Shown: positions 49,483-60,265 of the stretch, one piece after another
Layout: each line of letters begins with the position of its first letter
Position numbering within the stretch: position 1 is the first letter of the stretch
Assembly: GCA_016783505.1 (NCBI GenBank)
Contig: JADHWK010000002.1
Coordinates: forward strand, 1 to 64,000
Direction: 5' to 3'
Origin: Candidatus Zhuqueibacterota bacterium
GTDB lineage: Bacteria; BS750m-G25
DNA: 64,000 bases
Program-made: the position numbers and the translations under genes
Notes under the pieces: generated by a model
Databases searched by the model: none
What the model saw: only the letters and a program-made list of their open reading frames with translations
Told to the model about the DNA's origin: nothing

Positions 49483-51621
49483 CTATTCCGATAGTGCAAA
49501 ATCCACCGTGCGGGTATTCTTATCCACCCGCACCACCCTGACTTTCACGTGATCCCCCAGCCGATAGCGGTTCCCGAATGTCCTTCCCACCAGCGTTAAT
49601 CGCTTCTCATCAAAGACGTAATAATCATCTTTCAGGTCGGTGATGTGTACCAACCCTTCGACTAAAAGTTCCGTGATCTCCACAAAGATGCCGAATGCCA
49701 CCACCCCGGAGATAATCCCTTTGTATACTTCACCGATGTGATCTTTGAGGTATTCAATCTGTTTCAATTTTATGGACATCCTTTCTGCTTCCACAGCTCG
49801 GATCTCCATCTCCGTTGAGTGGTTGCAGATGGGCTTTAGGCTCTGTCCGATGGCTCTTTTTCGTTCCGGTTGGACGGGGTTTTCATATTGGGCCAGCAGC
49901 CGGTGGACCATTAGATCGGGATAGCGCCTGATGGGGGAGGTAAAATGGGTATAGTGCTTGAAGGCGAGCCCAAAGTGCCCGCTGTTTTTGGGGCTGTAGA
50001 TGGCTTTCATCATGGACCGGAGGGCCACCTCCTCAATGACCACTTTCTCCTCGGTGCGCTTTATTTTCCGCAGGAATTGCTGAAAGTCCATCGGGGTGAC
50101 CGGGTCTTTATGGTTAAAGGTGTAACCCATTGCCCGCACGAACGCTGAGAACTGCTCCAATTTTTTGTCACTCGGCCGTTCGTGCACCCGGTAGACAAAG
50201 GGAAGGCGTTCATTTCTGCGCTTTCGGGCGATGTATTCGGTTACCGTGCGGTTGGCCAGCAGCATAAACTCCTCGATCAGCCGGTGACTCTCCAGCCGCT
50301 CCCTGTGCCTGATTTCTGTCGGTCTCCCATTCCCATCCAGGGTGATCTTCACCTCAGGAAGGTCAAAGTCCATGCTGCCCCGGTAAACCCGCTTCTTCAA
50401 GAGCGTCTGACTTAGCTGATACATCCTTCGGATCGCTTCATAAAATTCTCGGTCTGGATCCCCCTGTGATGGTCCTTCGCCCCTTTTAACCGCATCAATA
50501 ATCTTCTGCACCTCCTCATAGGTGAACCTCCTCCGGCTGCGGATGACCGATTTACGGATCGCATAATCCAGCAGGTCTCCTTCGGTATTTAGCTTCATGA
50601 TAACCGAATAGGTGAGTCGTTTCTCGTTGGGTTTAAGACTGCATAGCTCATTAGAGAGCCTCTCCGGCAGCATAGGGACCACCCCATCAACCAAGTAGAC
50701 GCTGGTGCCCCGCTTAAGCGCCTCCTGATCTACAACGTTCCCTGCCAGCACGTAATGGCCCACGTCGGCAATGTGGGCACCCAGTTCGATCTCACCATTC
50801 CCCAGTCTCTCTATCGAGACGGCATCGTCGAAGTCCCGGGCGTCCTCGGGGTCAATGGTGAAGATTACCTTATCGGTCAGATCCAGCCTGCCGGCCGCTC
50901 CCGGGTCCTCCACCAGCCCATCGCCCATCATGTCCACCTCCTGGAGAACATCAGGGGGAAAGGTAGTGGGAATGGCAAAATGGCGGATGACCACTTGAAA
51001 GTCCAGGGCCGGGTCATCGGCCTCACCTAAGACTTCTGTCACCTCCCCCTGGAGTGGCCTGTGGGATGACCCCCAGTCCACCACCTTCACCACCACCCGC
51101 TGACCGGTCTCTGCTCCGGCGGATTTCCCCTCTGGGATGAAGATGTCCGGGCACTTTATATTGTCCGGAAAAAACAGCCCAAAGTTTCCTTCCTTCCGAT
51201 ATATGCCCACAAACTCCATGCGGGTTCGTTCCATCACCTGAACAACCTTACCCTCGGGAGCCTGGCCCTGCCGGCGGGCGAAGAGGGCCACCTGAACCCG
51301 ATCCTCGGGAAAGGCACCCCCGAGATTTCGTCGGGGTATGAATACGTCCTCGCCCCCGTCGTCCCGGATCAAAAACCCATAGCCCTGGGTTTTCAAGTGG
51401 ACCTTGCCGGTCACCAAATTGACCCGCTGGGAGAGGCCGTACCTTCCCCCCCGAAACCGCAACACCCGGCCCTCCCCCTCCAGTCCGGCCAGGGCATCCC
51501 GAAAATCGGCATATTGCCCAGGGTTCAGTTTCAATTCCCGGAACAGATCCCGTTTACGGAAGGTGCGATCAGGATGGAGTTTTAAAAATTTGACGATTTT
51601 TTCTTTCAATGCCACCTTCAA
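49483..51621 (-). CDS. rnr: Ribonuclease R
   Basis: TIDPEDARDFDDA, HIADV, RGTSVY, IEEFMLLAN, HFTSPIRRYPDL, S1 domain. Confidence 0.96.
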   Translation of the reverse strand: MKVALKEKIVKFLKLHPDRTFRKRDLFRELKLNPGQYADFRDALAGLEGEGRVLRFRGGRYGLSQRVNLVTGKVHLKTQGYGFLIRDDGGEDVFIPRRNLGGAFPEDRVQVALFARRQGQAPEGKVVQVMERTRMEFVGIYRKEGNFGLFFPDNIKCPDIFIPEGKSAGAETGQRVVVKVVDWGSSHRPLQGEVTEVLGEADDPALDFQVVIRHFAIPTTFPPDVLQEVDMMGDGLVEDPGAAGRLDLTDKVIFTIDPEDARDFDDAVSIERLGNGEIELGAHIADVGHYVLAGNVVDQEALKRGTSVYLVDGVVPMLPERLSNELCSLKPNEKRLTYSVIMKLNTEGDLLDYAIRKSVIRSRRRFTYEEVQKIIDAVKRGEGPSQGDPDREFYEAIRRMYQLSQTLLKKRVYRGSMDFDLPEVKITLDGNGRPTEIRHRERLESHRLIEEFMLLANRTVTEYIARKRRNERLPFVYRVHERPSDKKLEQFSAFVRAMGYTFNHKDPVTPMDFQQFLRKIKRTEEKVVIEEVALRSMMKAIYSPKNSGHFGLAFKHYTHFTSPIRRYPDLMVHRLLAQYENPVQPERKRAIGQSLKPICNHSTEMEIRAVEAERMSIKLKQIEYLKDHIGEVYKGIISGVVAFGIFVEITELLVEGLVHITDLKDDYYVFDEKRLTLVGRTFGNRYRLGDHVKVRVVRVDKNTRTVDFALSE

Positions 51622-51748
51622 AAAAAGAACAGAACTCCTTAAGGACTACTGAAATATTGGTCAACAGCCTGAAATAAAAGTCAAAACAATAGATGCATAA
51701 GTGATCTATCTTTCGCCATATTCCATTTCAAGCAACAATGCCAATGTC

Positions 51749-51869
51749 CTCGTTCCAAAACTCTGTTTTGGAACGAAATTGTAAAGAAACTTTGTTTCGT
51801 TTTTCGGTTTAACTTGCGAAACATGGTTTCACATGCATGTCTGTTCCCAAACTGGAGTTTGGGAACAAG
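51749..51869. repeat. REP-like doublet / small non-coding element
   Basis: CGTTCCAAAAC.CTGTTTTGGAACG and TGTTCCCAAACTGGAGTTTGGGAACA hairpins around TTTCG..GCGAAAC. Confidence 0.65.
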
Positions 51870-51896
51870 AAGAAAATTCGGAAAGAACCAAGAAAA

Positions 51897-52787
51897 TTAT
51901 CGAAGTCGCCCCACGATCACCCGGTCATGGCCGGTGTAATCTTGATAGACCCTTATCCCCCCGAATCTATCTTTCATCATCTCCCGAACCCGCGGGGCCT
52001 GGCCGATTCCGATCTCTAGAAACAGCCACCCCTCTGATTTTAGCAGGGAGGGAGACAGGTCTGCGATTCTTTTAAAAAACAAAAGCCCGTCCCCCCCGGC
52101 CACCAGCGCCCCCTTCGGTTCGTAGTCCCTAATTTCAGGGGATAAGGTTTTGTACTCCCCCTCAGTAACATAGGGGGGATTGGAAACGATAAGATCAAAT
52201 AGACCGGGAAGCCGGGAGATGTCCCTTTCATTAAAGATATTCCATCGCTTGAAATGAACCTTAGCTACCGTGCCATTCAACCGGCTGTTCTTCCGGGCAA
52301 ACCTAAGGGCTGTTCGGTAAATATCAACCGCAAGGACCTGAACCCGATCCAGGTTTTTGGCCAGCGAGATGGTGATGTTTCCGCAGCCGGAGCCAATGTC
52401 TAAGATGGAAAGGTTCCCATCGCCCTGAGCACAATGGAGACCCTGAGCATATTCAACGACCTTCTCCACCAGAATCTCGGTGTCCGGACGAGGGATCAAC
52501 ACTCCTTCACCCACCTTAAAAGGCAGCGAGAAGAATTCTGTTTCCCCTAAGATATACTGCAGGGGCCGATGGGCCAACCGCTGGCTAACCCCTTTGTTCA
52601 ACTTGCGGATCTCTTTGGCTTTCAAAGTGCGATTGAAATTCAGGTAGAGATCGGCCCTCTTCATCTTAAGAACGTAGCCCATAAGCCTTTCGGCGTTTCC
52701 CCTGGGGTTGGGGATGCCCGCCCTTTCCAGCCTTTTGACAGTATCATTCAGGGCTCCCGAAAGCCTGATTAAGGGTTTTTTAGCCAT
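51897..52787 (-). CDS. prmC: Release factor glutamine methyltransferase
   Basis: PLQYILG, VLIPRPDTE, DIGSGCG, SNPPY, GGDGL; start placed at MAKKP. Confidence 0.93.
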   Translation of the reverse strand: MAKKPLIRLSGALNDTVKRLERAGIPNPRGNAERLMGYVLKMKRADLYLNFNRTLKAKEIRKLNKGVSQRLAHRPLQYILGETEFFSLPFKVGEGVLIPRPDTEILVEKVVEYAQGLHCAQGDGNLSILDIGSGCGNITISLAKNLDRVQVLAVDIYRTALRFARKNSRLNGTVAKVHFKRWNIFNERDISRLPGLFDLIVSNPPYVTEGEYKTLSPEIRDYEPKGALVAGGDGLLFFKRIADLSPSLLKSEGWLFLEIGIGQAPRVREMMKDRFGGIRVYQDYTGHDRVIVGRLR

Positions 52788-52907
52788 TCGGATATTAAGA
52801 TAAAAGCGGATGCCATCACCCGCTTTTGTTACTAACAACTAAGCTTTGGCAAAATGATCAAAATTTATAAATCATAAGCTCCAAATCCCAAATTACAAAC
52901 AAATCGG

Positions 52908-54020
52908 TCAGGAGCCGGACTGATGGTTATTGGAATTTACGGCCCAGGCTGGAGAGAAAGCCTCTTTCATCCGATCTTCCTGATCAGCCAGTTGCAATTT
53001 TTCGATCAACTCGTCCAGTTCCCCGGCCAAAATTTCCTCCAACCGGTAGAGTGTCAGGTTAATCCGGTGGTCGGTCACCCTCCCCTGGGGAAAGTTGTAG
53101 GTACGGATCTTGGCACTCCGGTCTCCGCTGCCCACCTGAAGTCGGCGGCTCTCGGCAATTTTGGCTTCTTCCTCCCTTCTCTTCATATCGTAGAGCCGGG
53201 CTCGCAGAACCTTAAGGGCTTTCGCCTTGTTCTTATGCTGGGATTTCTCATCCTGACAGCTAACCACCAATCCACTGGGAAGGTGGGTGACCCGCACCGC
53301 CGAATCGGTAGTGTTTACGCTCTGGCCCCCGGGTCCGGTGGAACGAAAGACATCAATGCGCAGCTCCTCGGGGTTAATCTTGATATCTATATCCTCGGCC
53401 TCGGGCAGCACCGCCACCGAAGCTGCTGAAGTGTGAATGCGACCACTGGATTCAGTCATTGGCACCCGCTGCACCCGGTGAACACCGCTCTCAAACTTAA
53501 GCTTCCTGAATACGTCTTCCCCCTTCACCGAAAAGATGATCTCCTTAAACCCCCCAATACCGGTGGGATTAGAGTTCAAAACCTCCGGTTTCCAGCCCTG
53601 GTTCTCCGCATATTTGGCGTACATTTTGTAAAGGTCACTGGCAAACAGGGCTGCTTCCCCTCCCCCAGTCCCCGCCCGGATCTCCATGATAATGTCCTTA
53701 GGATCATCGGGATGACTGGGGAGAAGTAACAACTTCATCTCTTTGATTATCCTTTCCTCCTCTACCTTCAACTCCTCCAATTCCATCAGGGCGATCTCCT
53801 TTAACTCCTGATCCCCCGAGTTCTTCACCAAGTCCTCATCTTCAGCCAAACTTTTTTTAACCTGCTGATACCGCTGGTACTTCTCCACGATTTTTTCCAG
53901 TCTATTCCGTTCCTTAGCCAGGGCCCTGAACTTAGGATAATCGTGAATCACCCCGGGGTCGCTAAGCTGCTCGCCCAGTTCATCATAACGTTTTTTGATC
54001 TGTTCTAATTTTTCTACCAT
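52908..54020 (-). CDS. prfA: Peptide chain release factor 1
   Basis: [17 protein letters not shown] (PxT), [23 protein letters not shown]. Confidence 0.97.
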   Translation of the reverse strand: MVEKLEQIKKRYDELGEQLSDPGVIHDYPKFRALAKERNRLEKIVEKYQRYQQVKKSLAEDEDLVKNSGDQELKEIALMELEELKVEEERIIKEMKLLLLPSHPDDPKDIIMEIRAGTGGGEAALFASDLYKMYAKYAENQGWKPEVLNSNPTGIGGFKEIIFSVKGEDVFRKLKFESGVHRVQRVPMTESSGRIHTSAASVAVLPEAEDIDIKINPEELRIDVFRSTGPGGQSVNTTDSAVRVTHLPSGLVVSCQDEKSQHKNKAKALKVLRARLYDMKRREEEAKIAESRRLQVGSGDRSAKIRTYNFPQGRVTDHRINLTLYRLEEILAGELDELIEKLQLADQEDRMKEAFSPAWAVNSNNHQSGS

Positions 54021-54040
54021 ATAAATCCTGTTTTTCTAAG

Positions 54041-54338
54041 CCGCAGTTCAGCCCTTCAAGACACTAAGATTAGAATTTAACCCCTTCGGAGCGACCGGCC
54101 AATTTCTGGGACATTCAGTTCGGTCAGGAGCCCGACTGATACGTCAAATTGTTGTCCCGAAAATTCGGGAAAGTTTCGGTATTTCGTCTATCGTCAATCG
54201 GTCTTCTGCCGACGGCACGCAACCGTTTGCCGTTTTCCCGAAACTTCGGGACAACCGAAAGACGTTTCACGCAACCTAATAATCTTATTAAAGTCAATTC
54301 TTAGAAATTCCGAGATGTCTTGGTGGCTGAAATGTTAT
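54041..54338. repeat. Inverted-repeat-bounded intergenic element, family B
   Basis: CAGTTCAGCC..CAAGACAC at left, TGTCTTGGTGGCTGAAATGTTA at right; related ends at 58387-58538. Confidence 0.55.
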
Positions 54339-55273
54339 TTTTCCAATACGGCATTCAAGGCCGCCAGGGCCACTTCAAGCTGTTCCTCATCCGGCTCCAG
54401 GGTGGTGATCTTCTGCAACCAGAGCCCTGGCTGGCTTAGCAAGGCTACCAACCTGGATTTTCTCTTCTCCCCGGACAGCTTCAATATTTCATAAGAGATC
54501 CCCGCCACCAGCGGGATCAAGGGTAGGTGAACCAGAAACCTCACCCCCACGTTTGGATAATCCCCAGCTACGGAAACCACTACCGAATCGAATAAGGCAA
54601 AGAACAGAATGGCCAATACGGCCACGATGAGGATAAAGCTGGTTCCACAGCGGGGATGATGGGTCCCATACTTGGCTACGCTTTGGGGGGACAGATTTTC
54701 ACCGGCTTCCAGGGCAAAGATGGACTTATGCTCGGCCCCGTGGTATTCGAAAATGCGGCGGATCTCCTTCCAGCGGGAGATAAGGTAAAGATAGCCCAGA
54801 AAGAAAAGCATTCGAATAGCCCCTGCGATCAGATGAAAGACAAACTGGTTCTGGCCTACCTCCTTTAAGGCACGGGATAGCCAGTAGGGAATATACATAA
54901 AAATGATCAATCCCAAGGCAAAGGCAAAAACGGTCATCAGTCCCGTGCCCAGCTTCGCCCAGTCTTCTCCTGTCTTTTCCCCATGTTTCCGGTCCCTTTT
55001 TTCCCTCCCCTCTTCCATCGCTATCTCAGCCGACCAGTTCAAGGCCCTGATCCCGATGATCAAGGCCTCCACCAGTACCACCGCCCCCCGCACCAGGGGC
55101 CAGCCCCAAAAGCCTCCTTTCGCTGTAAGCGAAGAAAGTTCCTCTCTTTTCAGGGAAATCCCTCCCTGGTGGTTCCTGACTGCAATAGCCATTCTCTGGG
55201 GCGAACGCATCATCACCCCCTCGATCACTGCCTGGCCGCCGATATGTAAATCCCTATTCATGGGTTGGTTCAT
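54335..55273 (-). CDS. DUF1385 membrane protein
   Basis: IGGQAVIEGVMMR, YHGAEHK, HPRCGTSF, PGLWLQKITT.EP. Confidence 0.92.
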   Translation of the reverse strand: MNQPMNRDLHIGGQAVIEGVMMRSPQRMAIAVRNHQGGISLKREELSSLTAKGGFWGWPLVRGAVVLVEALIIGIRALNWSAEIAMEEGREKRDRKHGEKTGEDWAKLGTGLMTVFAFALGLIIFMYIPYWLSRALKEVGQNQFVFHLIAGAIRMLFFLGYLYLISRWKEIRRIFEYHGAEHKSIFALEAGENLSPQSVAKYGTHHPRCGTSFILIVAVLAILFFALFDSVVVSVAGDYPNVGVRFLVHLPLIPLVAGISYEILKLSGEKRKSRLVALLSQPGLWLQKITTLEPDEEQLEVALAALNAVLEK

Positions 55274-55304
55274 GGGACTAACCTAGATTCATAAAATCGT
55301 GATT

Positions 55305-55482
55305 GTTTAGCAATCCGAAGTTAAAAAGTAGCAGAGGGGTGGGGGAGCAGGGGAGAAAAAAACCCTATCTCCTTTTAGTCGGGCACCTGACCGATTCCCC
55401 CTTGCTCCCCTGCACCCCTGCTCTTCCATTCTGAGACTTTCCCTTTCGTTGTCAACTTCACATAGCTAAACTGATACGTTAT
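55305..55482. repeat. Inverted-repeat-bounded intergenic element, family A
   Basis: GTTTAGCAATCCGAAGTT ... AACTTCACATAGCTAAAC; internal GGGGAGCAGGGG/CCCCTTGCTCCCC. Confidence 0.65.
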
Positions 55483-55493
55483 ATCTTTAGGGA

Positions 55494-56192
55494 CTATTTC
55501 CGGTGAACAACTCCGGGAACAAGCAGGTTTTTAATCTTTTTGCCGCAGTACTTAAGTTCCGGGCAGTAACCGATGTGCTCGCATTTGGGTTCTAAGAAGC
55601 GGGCGAAAAAGGGTGCCGCCTTTCTGACCTCCCGTTTGATCAGGGTGAACAATTGGATAATTTCCCACTGGGCGTTCAGACACAACCTTTCCCCGCTGGC
55701 GTGAAAAAGTTCCCTTAGGTTCATACTCATGACCAAATTGGTTTTCAGGGCGTTGGGGAAGAGGTAGCGGGCATCCTCGGGGGGGATGCCATCCTGAACG
55801 AATTCTCGATAGGTATCGAAAAGCTGCCCCATTAATTTATCGAATTTTTCACGTTTCTCATAATCCCCCTTGACTTTGGGGGGAACAACATATTGGGGGC
55901 GACTATACTCCACAAACCGCTGGCTCTGTTGGCTGTAAGATGCGATCCGGTGGCGCACCAACTGATGGGAACAAACCCGGGAGATCCCTTCGATGGCGAA
56001 GGTGAAACACACGTGTTCGAAGATGGAGTGATGACCGGCTCGAAAGGTCTTTTTCACTAACGCCATCATCTTATCTTTATCATATTGACCCTCTGAAATG
56101 GCTATAGGCGTCGTCTCGGAATAGCAGGTGCGAGCGGCGGTAAACACTACCTTGAGCGGATCCTGCGTATATTGAACCAGCCTGACTCTCAA
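55494..56192 (-). CDS. thyX: FAD-dependent thymidylate synthase
   Basis: GHHSIFEH, SHQLVRHR, SQQSQR, EDARY, AQWEI. Confidence 0.95.
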   Translation of the reverse strand: MRVRLVQYTQDPLKVVFTAARTCYSETTPIAISEGQYDKDKMMALVKKTFRAGHHSIFEHVCFTFAIEGISRVCSHQLVRHRIASYSQQSQRFVEYSRPQYVVPPKVKGDYEKREKFDKLMGQLFDTYREFVQDGIPPEDARYLFPNALKTNLVMSMNLRELFHASGERLCLNAQWEIIQLFTLIKREVRKAAPFFARFLEPKCEHIGYCPELKYCGKKIKNLLVPGVVHRK

Positions 56193-56194
56193 GC

Positions 56195-56611
56195 CTATAC
56201 TCCCTTATCTTTGAAAATTCTCTCCACGAGACTAACAACAAAACCAGCACTCTGTAAAGCCTCCTTGGCATCATCTCTCTCGAAAAGGTTCACTGCTAAC
56301 TCTTCTTCTGATCCGTAAAATGATATTTCCCTATCAATGGCTAATTGATCAGAAATGTCCGCCAATTTTCCAAGTGTATCAGAATCTATCTCATATTTAA
56401 GATTTGAATCCAATAGAATCTTTCCCAGGCGATGGGATTTTGGGTATTCAACCCCCAAAAATCTCAGCAGTCCTTTCAGGGCTAACTCTGAAGCCTCCTG
56501 GCATTTCCGCACTGTGCGATGGTAATGTTTCTTGGCTAGGGACTCCTTAGCCTCGTCGAAAATTATCTTTGCATCACCAAGATAGCCCCTAGCAATCTCG
56601 GTGTTTTTCAT
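56195..56611 (-). CDS. HEPN domain protein
   Basis: CQEASELALKG, YPKSH, REISFYG; overlaps MNT stop. Confidence 0.85.
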   Translation of the reverse strand: MKNTEIARGYLGDAKIIFDEAKESLAKKHYHRTVRKCQEASELALKGLLRFLGVEYPKSHRLGKILLDSNLKYEIDSDTLGKLADISDQLAIDREISFYGSEEELAVNLFERDDAKEALQSAGFVVSLVERIFKDKGV

Positions 56612-57108
56612 AGGGTAAAAACCTCTCCGAGTTTAATATCTGGCTTCAGATTCCAATACCAACTTCCATCATCCAAATAGATCTTTTTAGACCCCAGCGC
56701 CTTCATCCTTTCTTTGATCTCCTCCAACTTTTTCCCAAAAGTCCCATCATCCAAGAGAATAATTCCATCATCAATCATATCCAGAAAAATGGGTTTAGTA
56801 TCCCTTATCTCGTTCTTAGTAAATAACAGGGGTGAAATCTCAGGGTAATAACCGCTATTATAAAGCTCGATATAGGAATCCTTATCTCTCATTTCCTTTA
56901 ATAAAGGAAAAATGATCTTAACCCTTTTGTACCGACTTTTAGGCAGAGCGTTCATGACGACGCACACATCCACATCACTGGATGGGCTAAGCTGTCCTCG
57001 TGCTGCTGACCCATAGAGAACGACAGAGACAAGATTGTCCTTAAAATGTTTCTGTAACAGTTTAACAAAATCGGTCATTAACTGCATCAACAAGGGGTAA
57101 ACTTTCAT
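56608..57108 (-). CDS. Minimal nucleotidyltransferase (MNT)
   Basis: SVVLYGSAARG..SDVDV; start placed at MKVYP. Confidence 0.85.
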   Translation of the reverse strand: MKVYPLLMQLMTDFVKLLQKHFKDNLVSVVLYGSAARGQLSPSSDVDVCVVMNALPKSRYKRVKIIFPLLKEMRDKDSYIELYNSGYYPEISPLLFTKNEIRDTKPIFLDMIDDGIILLDDGTFGKKLEEIKERMKALGSKKIYLDDGSWYWNLKPDIKLGEVFTL

Positions 57109-57242
57109 CTCTATTCCTGGGCATTTACAAAAAACGGAATGCCAAGGCATCCCGTTAATTCTTCTGACTTCCAATTTTTTTCAGAGAAAAGCTTTCCTTC
57201 GCATTTATCCCTTTCAATAAAAAATATGAAAATTTTCCGCTG

Positions 57243-57455
57243 CTATTGATCTTTGGCCTTTATTTTGTACCGACGGTAGTACTTCTCCACCCTTCCCGCC
57301 GTGTCCACCAGCTTCTGCTTGCCGGTGAAGAAGGGATGGCATTGGGAACAGATTTCGATCCTTAAGTCGCCCACCGTGGTCCGGGTCTGAAAGGTGTTGC
57401 CGCAGGCGCATTTTACGGTGGCAATCTCATATTTGGGATGAATATCTTTTTTCAT
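57243..57455 (-). CDS. rpmE: 50S ribosomal protein L31 (Zn-binding type)
   Basis: [30 protein letters not shown]. Confidence 0.97.
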   Translation of the reverse strand: MKKDIHPKYEIATVKCACGNTFQTRTTVGDLRIEICSQCHPFFTGKQKLVDTAGRVEKYYRRYKIKAKDQ

Positions 57456-57559
57456 TCCACTCCTATTCTTGTATCCAACCTAAATATAACAATTTTTTAA
57501 AGGAAATGCAACTGAAAATAAAATTTAAAAAGAGCTAATCTTTAGCGTCACTTTCTGGA

Positions 57560-58168
57560 TTATGGAAACTGTTTCCACTTAATATTTTCCTTTGGATTTA
57601 ACCCATAATTGGTAATGACTAATGAATCCGTGTATTCCCAAATGCAAGTATCCCCCAAACTCTCCTCTACTACACCTTCCTCTATGGTCTTTATGACTTT
57701 GATAAAAGTAGAATCAACGGGTAATTTAATTGTTCTATTGAAGGATTTAATATAGATGTCTAACGAGACTGTATTAATTGTATCAATCCCGGAAACAGAA
57801 GCTGCCCAATTCAAATAATCTGGTATGAAATATACGGGATTTAATTTAACCAAGGCTCCACCTGCTCCTGCCAAAGGAAAGAAAATATGTTTCATCCCAA
57901 AAACCATCTGCAAATCGTTATTTATTGGAAATTGAGGGCTACGCCAGTATTCAAGGGCTTTTGTATCATGGTTATAATCGTAATCGGTACCAGTATGTGG
58001 ATCATCACCTATAGCACAATGACCTTCTAGCTCTCTAGCTGAAGAAAATATTAGCATTTCAATAAAGATATAATCTCCTTCTATTTCGTTTGACGAAGTA
58101 GTATTTTTCTCACAGGAGTATATAAGAAACATAATCAGTGCAAAAAAAAGGCAAATATTTCTTCTCAT
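57560..58168 (-). CDS. Hypothetical AT-rich lipoprotein
   Basis: LIYSC lipobox-like; GAGGA RBS. Confidence 0.6.
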   Translation of the reverse strand: MRRNICLFFALIMFLIYSCEKNTTSSNEIEGDYIFIEMLIFSSARELEGHCAIGDDPHTGTDYDYNHDTKALEYWRSPQFPINNDLQMVFGMKHIFFPLAGAGGALVKLNPVYFIPDYLNWAASVSGIDTINTVSLDIYIKSFNRTIKLPVDSTFIKVIKTIEEGVVEESLGDTCIWEYTDSLVITNYGLNPKENIKWKQFP

Positions 58169-58386
58169 TGGTTAATTCCTCAACTATTTGGCCTCCTCCT
58201 CAAAGACCTCAACTCCTACCAATGGTTTTGAATCGGGAAAAGGGGTTCATCTAATTCATTAACTTCTGACAATCCCTGAAATAGGATCATTAGTTAAGCA
58301 CAACAAGGACTAAAATTAAAGTCTATTAAAAATGGTTTGTTCCCTTTTTAACCTTTTTATGGTAAAACCATTTTAAAAAAAATCGA

Positions 58387-58538
58387 AGTAACAGTTCATC
58401 ACGCCTGCCACAGGCAGGGAACTATACAGAAGCGACCAACAGTCATAATTAGCAATTAACAATCAGCAATCAGCTTTTAGCGTTAAACCTTATTTAAGTC
58501 TCTTATCTATCTTAGTGCCTTGATGGCTGAGCTGTTAC
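58387..58538. repeat. Inverted-repeat-bounded intergenic element, family B, second copy
   Basis: GTAACAGTTCA ... TGATGGCTGAGCTGTTAC; contains CCTGCCACAGGCAGG and 7-mer-like repeats. Confidence 0.5.
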
Positions 58539-58547
58539 AAATCGAAT

Positions 58548-59795
58548 TTATCTAGTCATCATCTTAAAAAATTCCCGGTTGGATTTGGTATCGGCCATCT
58601 TTTCCAGCACGAATTTCATCGCTTCCACTGAATTCATATCCGAGAGCAGGTTGCGGAGAATCCACATCCGGTTGAGTTCGTTTTTGCTCAGCAGCAATTC
58701 TTCTTTACGGGTCCCTGACCGGTTGATGTCCATGGCCGGGAAGATGCGACGGTCTGATAGCTTGCGATCCAGAACCATTTCCATATTTCCGGTGCCTTTA
58801 AACTCCTCGAAGATCACCTCGTCCATCCTGCTTCCGGTCTCGATCAGGGCGGTGGCAATGATAGTGAGACTGCCTTCCTCCTCGGTATTCCGGGCCGCTC
58901 CGAAAAAACCCTTGGGCTCATAAAGGGCATTAGCGTCTACCCCACCCGAGAGCACCCGACCTGAAGGGGGAGTCACCGAATTGTGGGCCCGCGCCAGCCT
59001 GGTAATAGAATCCAAAAGGATCACCACATCTTTCCCGTACTCCACCATACGTTTTGACTTCCCCAGCACCATCTGGGATACCTGAACGTGTCGCTCGGGT
59101 TTCTCGTCAAAGGTGGAACTCACCACCTCAGCATCAACATTGCGGGCCATTTCGGTAACCTCCTCGGGCCGCTCGTCAATAAGAAGAACAATGGTATAAA
59201 TTTCCGGATGATTGGCAACGATGGAATTGGCGATCTTCTGAAGCAGGATGGTCTTGCCCGCCTTGGGGGGCGAGACGATCAGCCCCCGCTGCCCCTTCCC
59301 GATAGGGGTAAAGATGTCCATAATCCTGGTGGAATGGTCGTTGGGATTCGATTCCAGCCGAATCTTTTCAGTGGGGTGAAGGGGGGTCAGATTGTCGAAC
59401 AGGATCTTCTCCCGTACTTCCTCCGGGTTCTCAAAGTTGACAGCTTCTACCTTCAACAGGGCGAAGAAACGCTCTTCATCCTTGGGCGGCCTCATCTGAC
59501 CGCTGACGATATTGCCCCGCCTCAGGCTGAATCGTTTGATCTGGGACGGGGAGATGTAGATGTCGTCGGGCCCAGGCAAGTAGCTGGCATGCCTGGATCT
59601 TAAAAATCCGTAGCCCTCGGGTAGAATATCCAGCACCCCTTCGGCGTAGAACAACCCGTTCTTTTCAGTCTGTTTCTGCAGAATCTTGAAGATAAGATCC
59701 TGCTTCCGCATGCCGCTGAAACCGGTGATCTCCAATTCCTTGGCCATGTCACCCAACTCGGAAATCCTCATGGCTTTTAATTCTGTTAAATCCAT
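58548..59795 (-). CDS. rho: Transcription termination factor Rho
   Basis: [47 protein letters not shown]. Confidence 0.98.
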   Translation of the reverse strand: MDLTELKAMRISELGDMAKELEITGFSGMRKQDLIFKILQKQTEKNGLFYAEGVLDILPEGYGFLRSRHASYLPGPDDIYISPSQIKRFSLRRGNIVSGQMRPPKDEERFFALLKVEAVNFENPEEVREKILFDNLTPLHPTEKIRLESNPNDHSTRIMDIFTPIGKGQRGLIVSPPKAGKTILLQKIANSIVANHPEIYTIVLLIDERPEEVTEMARNVDAEVVSSTFDEKPERHVQVSQMVLGKSKRMVEYGKDVVILLDSITRLARAHNSVTPPSGRVLSGGVDANALYEPKGFFGAARNTEEEGSLTIIATALIETGSRMDEVIFEEFKGTGNMEMVLDRKLSDRRIFPAMDINRSGTRKEELLLSKNELNRMWILRNLLSDMNSVEAMKFVLEKMADTKSNREFFKMMTR

Positions 59796-59829
59796 AAAAC
59801 GCTCCTATTCCATATCAGTAGGTCATATT

Positions 59830-59970
59830 AAGAAGCTTGTAAATTGCCAAAATTTCAAGAATTGCTGTAATTTAGTCTGATTTCTTAGAAGTGCTATGTT
59901 CGGTAATTCGATAGCGAGTTTAATAATCTGAACTGCAAACCGTTTAGTTCGCTTTTCAAGCTTTTTGCCT
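59830..59970 (-). pseudogene. Four-helix-bundle (23S rRNA-IVS/Avd-like) gene remnant
   Basis: KKLEKRTKRFAVQIIKLAIELP then, in another frame, LEILAIY; flanked by AATTTAGGCAAT repeats. Confidence 0.6.
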
Positions 59971-60265
59971 TTTATCTTTTAAATTTAGGCAATCTTTGCC
60001 CCGATGCTTCGGGGGAAATTTAGGCAATTCGACATGGTTTTGCCTGATTGTGGGATACTGACATAAGCGCCCTAAAAAGCGTTTAAGTCTTGACTTACAG
60101 GTATCAAACAAGGTTTCTCAGCAAGTAAGAAATGGCAAGATAAGGGAGGATGAAAATAGGTTTGATATAGGAAGAAGTGAGATTCAGATTAATTTCAGTT
60201 AAATTTAAAACATTTTTTTTATTTTGTCAAGCTTTTTCTTGGTCACCGGGACAATAATACTGACA

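Noticed and set aside
59830-59970. Diversity-generating retroelement (Avd-like gene)
   Set aside because: Only a remnant; no reverse transcriptase or template/variable repeat pair in the window.
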